Source: Podarcis gaigeae (Eukaryota). Taken from it: DNA of 64,000 bases. Position 1 is the first letter of the stretch, and every line of letters begins with the position of its first letter. The stretch is from assembly GCA_964106915.2 (NCBI GenBank), contig OZ066914.1, one strand, 5' to 3'. The position numbers were made by a program, and so were the translations under genes. A model generated the notes under the pieces. That model ran no database searches. It worked only from the letters and a program-made list of their open reading frames with translations, and had not been told where the DNA came from. Positions 44,801 to 54,876 of this stretch are shown piece by piece.

Positions 44801-47800
44801 TCATTAAATGGGCAGCATAAAAATTATGCTTGGTACCATAGCATTATGGTTTGGGAGGGAATGTGGAATAAAAGACAATGGGAAAAGCTTTCAATACATT
44901 TTTTCTCCCTTTATAAATATAGCTGGAGAAGCACCAGGAGTAAGACAAGAAATGAAGGATGTTACTACTAATCTGGGTGAATCAGCTCAGTTATCATGCC
45001 AGATCCTTGGGAGACCTCTCCCTGATATTAAATGGTATCGTTTCGGCAAAGAATTGGTACAGAGCAGAAAATACAAGATGTCATCAGATGGGCGCACTCA
45101 CACACTGACGGTGCTCACAGAAGAGCAGGAAGATGAAGGAGTTTATACTTGCAAGGCTATCAATGAAGTTGGAGAGGTTGAAAGTAGTGGCAAGCTACTC
45201 TTACAAGCTCCTCCACAATTCCACCCAGGCTTTCCATTGAAAGAGAAATATTGTGCAGGTGTAGGATCCACACTTCGCCTCCATATTGTATACATTGGTC
45301 GTCCAGTGCCTGCTATCACTTGGTTCCATGGCAAGAAACTATTGAAGAGCTCAGAAAACATTACTATTGAGAACACAGAGCATTATACTCACCTTTCCAT
45401 TAAAAACGTACAGCATAAAGCCCACGCAGGACACTACAAAGTACAGCTCAGTAACACGTTTGGAACTGTTGATACTGTACTAAACGTGGAAATACAAGGT
45501 ATGTCTTGGCATTAAATTTTATTGAAATCATGAGAAATACTTCTTCTATTTAACTTTAAACACTGCCTTTTCTTTTTGTAGATAAACCAGATGTGCCAGC
45601 AGGGCCAATTGTTATAGAAGCTTTGCTGAAGAACTCTGTAGTCATCAGCTGGAAGCCACCTGAAGATGATGGAGGTGCTCTAGTAACAAATTATGTTGTA
45701 GAGAAAAGAGAAGCAAAAGAAGGCACAGAGTGGCAGCTGGTTTCTTCAAGCATTTCTGGCACAACCTGCAGAATTGTTAACCTAACTGAAAACGCAGGCT
45801 ATTATTTCCGTGTCTTTGCTCAGAATGCATTCGGCATCAGCGAAGCATTAGAAGTTTCATCTGTTGTTATTATCAAGACTCCATTTGGTAAGTGTGTTCC
45901 GTAAGCCACGTTTCTGTTTACCTGCAGTTCAACAGAGCAAACTGACTTCATGTCCTGAAAATGATTATTTCTTCTTTACAGAAAAGCCAGGCCAACCAAG
46001 TCAGCCAGTTGTATCTGCTGTGACAAGTGAATCCTGTGTTGTTTCTTGGAGGCCACCTGCTAGCGATGGAGGCTCAAAGATCAGAAATTACTTCCTGGAG
46101 AAACGTGAAAAGAAACAAAACAAATGGATTTCTGTAACCACAGAAGAAATCCGCGAAACCGTCTATTCTGTCACAGGTCTTATTGAAGGCCTGGAGTATG
46201 AATTCCGTGTAAAATGTGAAAATCTTGGCGGTGAAAGCGAATGGAGTGAAATTTCACAACCAATCACTCCCAAATCTGATGTAGCAATTCAGGCACCGCA
46301 TTTCAAGGAAGAAATCAGAAACCTAAATGTGAAATTCAGAGGTCATGCCACATTTGTTTGCAAAGTCACTGGTCATCCCAAGCCTGTTGTAAAATGGTTC
46401 AAACAGGGCAAAGAGATTTTGCCAGATGGTGAAAAGGTGAAGGTACAAGAATTTAAGGGCGGCTATTACCAACTGGTAATTACAAATGTAACAGATGATG
46501 ATGCCACTGTATATCAAGTGAGGGCAACCAACCAGGGAGGATCTGTTTCTGGAACTGCTTCCTTGGATGTTGAAGGTAAGTAATGTGCTTCGCTCTTAAA
46601 TTTAGTTTGTATTTAATTTTTCATACAGAGTAAGCTTATGGGCTACAGGGAGGGGGTGGAAACTCTGAGTTTGGAATAGTATTTTCTTAATAGCCTTAAA
46701 GTAAGTCAGATTGTGGCATGGTCATCTAGATATTTATGGTATAGTCCTAGGTGAAGTGGGAGAGATGCGAGATGTTCTACTGGCTCACTCTGACTAGGGA
46801 AAGAAGAAGAGATGTTTTTCTCCTTTTTTGTTCTCATGTTCCCTTTTGGAACATTTCCCCCCCCCCCAAAGGTAATGGGAGGAAATAACTACACCAGCTC
46901 CAAACTGGCATAGTTGATGAGCCTGATCCAGGGTCCTCCAAAAAGAATGAAGGGCTTGTACCCCAGCAGACCCAATGCAGTTTCTGATTTGCCCTCAAAA
47001 TGCCCTCTCTTAGTGCTTAGCCTGGCTACTGCTGGTGAAAACACCACCAGCCAAGTCTAAACCAACAGAGTTTTCTGTGGGCATCAGAAGGGCCTCCATG
47101 TTGGGCATGTCCCCCTACTGATGGAGAAGAAGGACCACCCAAACTTAGCCCTGTCCAGCCAGTGGATTTGGGGGTCAGGATTGTTCTGTTAATCATAATG
47201 GACAGAATTTTCATTTGAACAATGAAAGTATAATAGGATACATATGGATAAACAGTATATGAAAAAAAACATTAAATACAAAACATTCACATTTATACCT
47301 ATGTCTGTGCTCTAGTAGCATTGGTCTGGTGATCAATTTTGTTGAAGATGTTATCAGACTATAAAATGATAAAAGGCTCTTGCACGCACTTGTCTGGTAA
47401 AGAGCTTCTAACATTATTGGGAAGGAGCACTATGACTAGATTAACGTTCCCCTGATGTTGTAATCTGAACAGCTGTTGTTGCTCAGCTGGCTGAGTATAG
47501 CTAAGGGAAGTGTCTGTCTTGTTTGTTTCTATTATTTACATTCCACCTTTCAGGATACAAATCCTTCCACAATAAACAATATTAACATATTAAAAAGTCA
47601 TCAACATCCTTCCCATAGTATAGTTTCTGGTATAAAGGCCCTGTGAGAAAGGCCCTGTAGTCTTCACCTGCTCCCCACTCTCCTGGAATCCTTCCTATTT
47701 AACCATTTAAGGTAGATAGACCAGTGAGGGTAGAAAGTTCAGCTGGAGCAGGCTCTATGAAGGACTTTGCCTGCACCCCTCTTTCTTGAAATCCTTTCCA

Positions 47801-50800
47801 AAGGCAGAGTTGATGGTAGACGGAACTGTGGAGGGTCCAGCTGGAGTAGGGTCCTGGTTTCCTTTGCCTGCATCCCTCTGTCTCAGTTTATGACAAAGGG
47901 TTTGTTGCAAATATTAGCCACTACGCCTGAGATCTTCTGAATCTGTCTCTGTTTAAAGCAGTGTTTCGGTTTATTTAAAAGCAATAGTTTACACTCATTT
48001 TGTTTCTTCCCTTCCCTCTGTGTTTTTTGCTGCAGTTCCTGCTAAGATCCACTTGCCTAAAAATCTTGAAGGCATGGGAGCCGTTCACGCTCTCCGTGGT
48101 GAAGTCATCAGCATCAAAATCCCATTCAGTGGGAAGCCTGATCCAGTGATCACATGGCAGAAAGGGCAAGATCTTATTGATACTAATGGACACTACCAAG
48201 TTATCGTGACACGGTCATTCACATCTCTTGTTTTCCCTAACGGTGTGGACAGGAAAGATGCAGGCTTCTACATTGTCTGTGCTAAAAACAGATTTGGCAT
48301 TGATCAGAAAACAGTTGAATTAGATGTCGCTGATGTTCCTGATCCCCCAAGAGGACTGAAAGCAAGCGAGGTTTCAAGGGACTCGGTCAACCTGACATGG
48401 AATGCTCCAGCAAATGATGGCGGAAGCCGAGTCACACACTATACTGTTGAGAAACGCGCTACCACAGCTGAGAGATGGATTCGTGTTGGCCAGGCTCGTG
48501 ACACTCGATACACTGTGATAAACCTATTTGGCAAGACAAGCTATGTATTCCGCGTTATAGCAGAGAATAAATTTGGACAAAGCCAGCCTTCTGAACCTAC
48601 AGATTCTGTAATAACAAAGGAAGATAAGACCAGAACAGTTAATTATGATGAAGAAGTTGATGAGGCCAGAGAAGTCACTACAGCAAAAGCAGCTCACTCT
48701 AATACAAAAGAACTCTATGACAGATATATGATTGCTGAAGAACTTGGGCGCGGACAATTTGGAATTGCCCACAGGTGTGTTGAGATAGTTTCAAAGAAGA
48801 CTTACCTGGCCAAGTTTGTCAAAGTAAAAGGTGCTGATCAAGTGCTCGTAAAGAAAGAAATTTCCATCCTCAACATTGCTAGGCATAGAAATATCTTACA
48901 GCTTCATGAATCATTTGAAAGCCTAGAAGAACTTATCATGATCTCTGAGTTCATATCTGGAGTTGACATCTTTGAAAGACTTAATATTCCTGCATTTGAA
49001 CTTAACGAAAGAGAAATTATAAGCTATGTACGTCAAGTATGTGAAGCACTTGAATTCCTGCACAGTCATAGCATTGGGCACTTTGATATCAGGCCAGAGA
49101 ACATCATCTATTTCACAAGAAGAAGCTCTATAGTTAAAATCATTGAATTTGGTCAGGCAAGGCAGCTGAAACCTGGTGATAATTTCAGACTCCAGTTTAC
49201 TTCCCCTGAATATTATGCGCCTGAAGTCCATCAGCATGATATGGTCAACACAGCCACAGATATGTGGTCACTTGGAACCCTAGTGTATGTACTTCTAAGC
49301 GGCCTGAATCCTTTCATTGCTGAAACAAACCAACAAACAATTGAAAACATCATAAGTGCTGAATACAATTTTGATGAAGAAGCCTTCAAAGATATCAGTA
49401 TTGAGGCCTTGGACTTTGTTGACCGCCTGCTAGTAAAAGAAAGGAGAGCTCGCATGACTGCTACTGAAGCCCTTGAACATGCTTGGCTGAAGCAAAGGAC
49501 AGAGAAAACAAGCACCAAAGTTATCAAAACACTGAGACACAGACGTTATTATCAAACACTGGTGAAGAAGGAATGGAACACAGTTGTGTCAGCGGCCCGT
49601 GTTGCATGGGGTGGTGCAGTCAGATCTCAGAAGGCCGTTACAGTTGCTAAAGTTAAAGTGGCATCAATTGACATTGGACCCATTACTGGGCAGATAATGC
49701 ATGCTGTTGGAGAAGAAGGTGGGCATGCCAAGTATGTCTGCAAGATTGAAAACTATGATTCATCCACAGAAGTAACCTGGTACTTTGGAGTCAGACAATT
49801 GGAGAACAGTGAAAAACATGAGATCAGCTACCATGAAGGAGTGGCTACAATGTATGTCAAAGACATTGCTAAATCAGATGACGGTACCTACAGGTGTAAA
49901 GTTACAAATGACTATGGTGAAGACAGTTCCTACGCAGAACTGTTTGTTAAAGGTGTGAGAGAAGTTTCTGACTTTTACAGACGCAGAACTGTCAGGAGAG
50001 TGAAGCGCCGAGTAGATACCTTGAGACTTTTGGAGAAGCCACCAGAATTTACGCTGCCTTTATACAACCGTACTGCCTATGTTGGTGAAAATGTCAGGTT
50101 TGGAGTAACAATAACAGTTCACCCAGAACCTCGTGTAACGTGGTTCAGATCGGGCCAGAAGATCAAGCCTGGAGATGATGACAGGAAGTATACCTTTGAA
50201 ACTGATAAGGGTCTTTATCAGCTTCTCATCCATAATGTCAATGAAGATGATGATGCTGAATATACTGTGCTAGCTCGCAACAAATACGGCGAGGACAGCT
50301 GCAAAGCTAAGTTAACCGTTGTTCAGCATGCTCCTCCAGAGGCTACCACGATGAGACCCATGTTCAAAAGACTACTGGCAAATGCAGAATGCCAAGAAGG
50401 CCAGAGTATCTGCTTTGAGATAAGAGTATCTGGAATACCAAAACCAGCACTAAAATGGGAAAAGGATGGACAGCCCTTATCAGCTAGTCCAAATATTGAA
50501 ATTGTACATGAAGGGTTGGATTACTATGCTTTGCATATCAGGGATACTTTACCAGAAGACAGTGGTTATTACAGAGTTACTGCGACAAACAGTGCTGGAT
50601 CAACAAGTTGCCAGGCTTACTTGAAGGTAGAGCGCTCAAAATATATCAAGCGTCAATACAAGAGTGAAGAAGAGCGGCAAAAGCATGTACAGAAGAGCAT
50701 TGACAAGACAGTGAGAATGGCAGAAATCCTTTCTAGAACAGAATCTGTCCCACTGACAGATGTAGCACAGGAAGCTCTCAGACAAGCTGCTATCCTGTAT

Positions 50801-53800
50801 AAACCAGCTGTAAGCACCAAGACTGTCAAAGGTGAATTTGAACTTAAAAAGGAAGAAATTAAAGAAGAAAAGAGACTTCGGATGCCTTATGAGATCCCAG
50901 AGCCTCGCAGACATGCAGCCGCTACTCTGGAAGAAGATCAGAACATCAAACTGTTTGTGCCTATGTCAGACATGAAGTGGTACAAGAAGCTGAGAGACCA
51001 ATATGAAATGCCAGGGAAACTTGATAGAATTGTTCAGAAGCGACCAAAGCGCATTCGCCTTTCCAGATGGGAACAGTTCTATGTGATGCCACTGCCACGC
51101 ATTACTGATCAGTATAAACCTAAGTGGCGGATACCCAAATTGTCACAAGATGATCTCGAGACCGTCAGGCCAGCACGCCGGCGTACACCATCTCCTGATT
51201 ATGAATTTTATTACCGACCAAGAAGACGCTCACTTAGTGACCTGTCAGATGAAGAACTGCTGCTACCGGTTGATGATTATTTAGCCATGAAGAGAACTGA
51301 AGAAGAAAGACTGCGACTTGAAGAAGAACTGGAGCTGGGCTTTTCTGCATCACCTCCAAGCAGAAGCCCTCCACGCTTTGAACTGTCTTCTCTCCATTAC
51401 ACGGCAGCAGATGCTCATATTGCCACAGAGGAATCTAGGCAAAGAGAGCTGAGGTATGGCACTTATCACATACCCTCTAAAGAAGATACCGCTGCATCTT
51501 ATGCACAGCTCCGGCAACGCCATGACAGAGCAATTTATAGACCACCAAAACAAAAACAGAGAATAATGTCCGAGAAAGAGGATGAAGAGCTGCTGCGACC
51601 AGTAAAAACAACCCGCCGGCTTGCTGAATACAAGAGTGAGCTTGAGTATATGTCACAAGAAGAAAAGAGCCGACTGAGAAGAAGGAGAGAGAGAGAAATA
51701 ACTGAGGTCAGATCAGAAGAGGAAGAGGAAGAAATAGAAATGGTGAGGCACGTTCACCGGGAATTTTCTCCTCCCTCAAGATTACTAGGAAGAAGGCGCT
51801 CTCTTTCTCCAACTTACATTGAATTAATGCGTCCTGTGTCTGAATTAATTCGACCCCGATCACACCCTGTGGAAGAAACAGAGAGAAGATCTCCCACACC
51901 AGAGAGAACACGGCCACGCTCACCAAGCCCAGTGTCCAGCGAGAGATCTCTCTCACGATTTGAAAGGACAGCAAGATTTGATATATTTTCCAGGTATGAA
52001 TCCATGAAAGCTGCTTTGAAAACCCAAAAAACAATGGAACGGAAATATGAAGTTCTGACTCAAGAACCTTTCACTCTGGATCATGCCCCACGCATAACTC
52101 TAAGAATGCGCTCACATCGTGTACCGTGTAACACCAACACCAGATTCATTTTGAATGTCCAGTCCAAACCAACTGCTGAAGTGAAATGGTACCACAATGG
52201 TGTTGAAATTCAGGAAAGCCATAAGATTCATTTCACTAATACTAGTGGCGTATTAACCTTGGAGATTCTTGATTGCCATATTGATGATAGTGGTACATAC
52301 CGTGCTGTGTGCACAAATTATAAAGGAGAATGTTCTGACTATGCAACATTAGATGTTACAGGAGGAGACTACACTACATATACCTCCCAGCGAAGAGATG
52401 AGGAAGTACCAAGAACTATTGTACCAGACTTGACAAGGACTGCAGCATATGCAATCTCCTCATTTAAGAAAGTCTCTGAAACAGAAGCAAGTTCTTCGAT
52501 AAGAGCAAGCAAATCAGAACTGACAGAAACCAGAGAATCGCTATCATCGTACGAGCACCATGCTTCTGCTGAAATGAGAGTCAGTACTTCAGAGGAAAAA
52601 TCATTGGAAGAAAGAGCTGTTCATCGGAAGTTTAAGACCACTCTGCCTGCAACAATATTAACAAAGCCACGGTCAATCACTGTCTCTGAAGGGGAGACTG
52701 CAAGATTTTCTTGTGACATTGATGGTGAACCAACACCAACTGTAACATGGATCCGTGCAAGTCAAGCTATTGTTTCTTCTGGACGCTTCCAAGTAACACG
52801 TACGCAGTATAAATCTACCTTTGAAATTTCATCTGTCCAGACCTCAGATGAAGGAAGTTACACTGTTGTGGTAGAAAATTCTGAAGGAAGACAGGAAGCC
52901 CACTTTAGTTTGACTGTACAAAGGAAAAGGGTCCCAGAAAAAGCAATTACATCACCTCCAAGGGTCAAATCTCCTGAGCCTCATGTTAAGTCCCCAGACA
53001 GAGTAAAATCTCCCAAGCGAGTGAAATCCCCCGAACCATCTCCTGCCCACTCTAAAGCCAAGTCAACACCTGCAGGTAAAACAACACCATCAGAGAAAGC
53101 AGACTTGCCTGTTGCTGTTCCCCCTAAGATAAAACAACAGCTGAAAGTGGAAGCTTCTGGGGACAAAGCAAAATTCTTCTGTTCAGTTGAAAGCAGTGTT
53201 CTGAGTGTCCGAGAAGTAGCCTGGTACAAAGATGGCAAGAAACTAAAAGAGGACGATCATTTCAAATTTCATTATGCAGCTGATGGAACATATGAACTTA
53301 AAATCCATAACCTCAAGGAATCTGATCAAGGTGAATATACATGTGAGATTGTTGGGGAAGGTGGCGCCTCCAAAACCAACTTTCAGTTTGTTGGCCAAGC
53401 TTTTAAAAGTATTCATTCTCAGGTGTCAAGCTTAAGCAAAACTCAAAAATCAGTTCAGAAAGAGTCTGAAATACATGAGGTATCTGCCCAGAAAAAATCT
53501 GCAATGACTTCTCAAGAAAAGACAGTGGTTGAAGAAGAATATGTTAAAAAGTCTCTTGTGTCTGATGAAGCTAAAACATCTTACACAGAAGTTAAATCTA
53601 CTACCACTAAAATGACTGTGTCTGAAGGTCAAAAATCTACCCTTAAAGCCAGTATTGCTGGTGCTTCTAATGTAAAATGGTTACTGAATGGAATAGAGCT
53701 AACTAACTCTGAAGATTATAGATATGGTGTATCAGGAAGTGATCATACTCTAACTATCCAAAAAGTGACCCAGAAAGATGAAGGAATACTTACCTGTGAA

Positions 53801-54838
53801 GGAAAGACTGAACAGGGTATCATCAAATGTCACTTTGAAATGAGTCTTTCAAAAGATCAATCAAATGCCCCAGCCTTTATCATACAACCGAAATCTCAAA
53901 ACATCAACGAAGGACAAGATGTGTTGCTTACCTGTGAAGTTTCTGGAGATCCTTCCCCTGAAATCCACTGGTTTAAAGATAACCAGCCAGTAAGTAATTA
54001 CTTATGTCAGCCTTGAAATTAAATGATCCATTCTTAACCCTGAGTATAATTTGATCTTAACAAAGTATCTCTTTCATCATCAGATTGCTCTCTCATCCAA
54101 CATCCGAGTAAATCGCTCCAAGAATGTTTATTCTCTTGCAATCCAAAATGCTTTAGTGAGTGATAGTGGAAAATACACAGTCAAAGCGAAAAACTTCCAT
54201 GGGCAGTGTTCTGCAACAGCATCTCTGACCGTCCTTCGTAAGTTTTTTTAAAGTCTTATCTTAATATGAGTAGGGCTTCTACGATATGGCAAAAGCAGTT
54301 GATTGTTTTGATTCTTTAACGAGCTGTTAGTTTCATTACTGAACCTAAAATGCAATATACATTATAATTACAAAATACTGAATTTAAAATATATGTACTT
54401 ATATGTTTCTCACCCGCTCAGTGTTACCAGAAGGCTTTGAACATCTTGCTATTAACCCGTTGGTTCCAGTGATCACTATTTAATAAACTATCAGAATAAT
54501 TAACGCCCAAAGGGTTAGTTCTCTGAATTTTTTTCTTAGTTTCATTAAACGTCTCAGATACAAACTTGCTGCATTTTAAAATCATCTGGATACCAGGAGC
54601 CAACGGGTTGCTCTATGTTTTGCTGTTGATGTATGTATGTGCTTGTGTTTAAGGAAAACGGCAGTGTTTTTTTTTTATGGTGGTGTAGTAGTTTTAATGG
54701 CAGACTACCTGCCGAGTTATGTAAAATAAGAAGGGGAAACAAAGCACCATCCAAAGGGGCTGTATCTTTTAAAAAGAAGAAGAAGAAGTTTCAACGGGAT
54801 TACATGTTGCTTCTCAACAGCATGCATATTAATTTGAA

Positions 54839-54876
<38 letters not shown>

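Noticed and set aside
49079-49153. HFD and EFG motifs as a lizard-specific kinase inactivation
   Set aside because: Standard features of vertebrate titin kinase.
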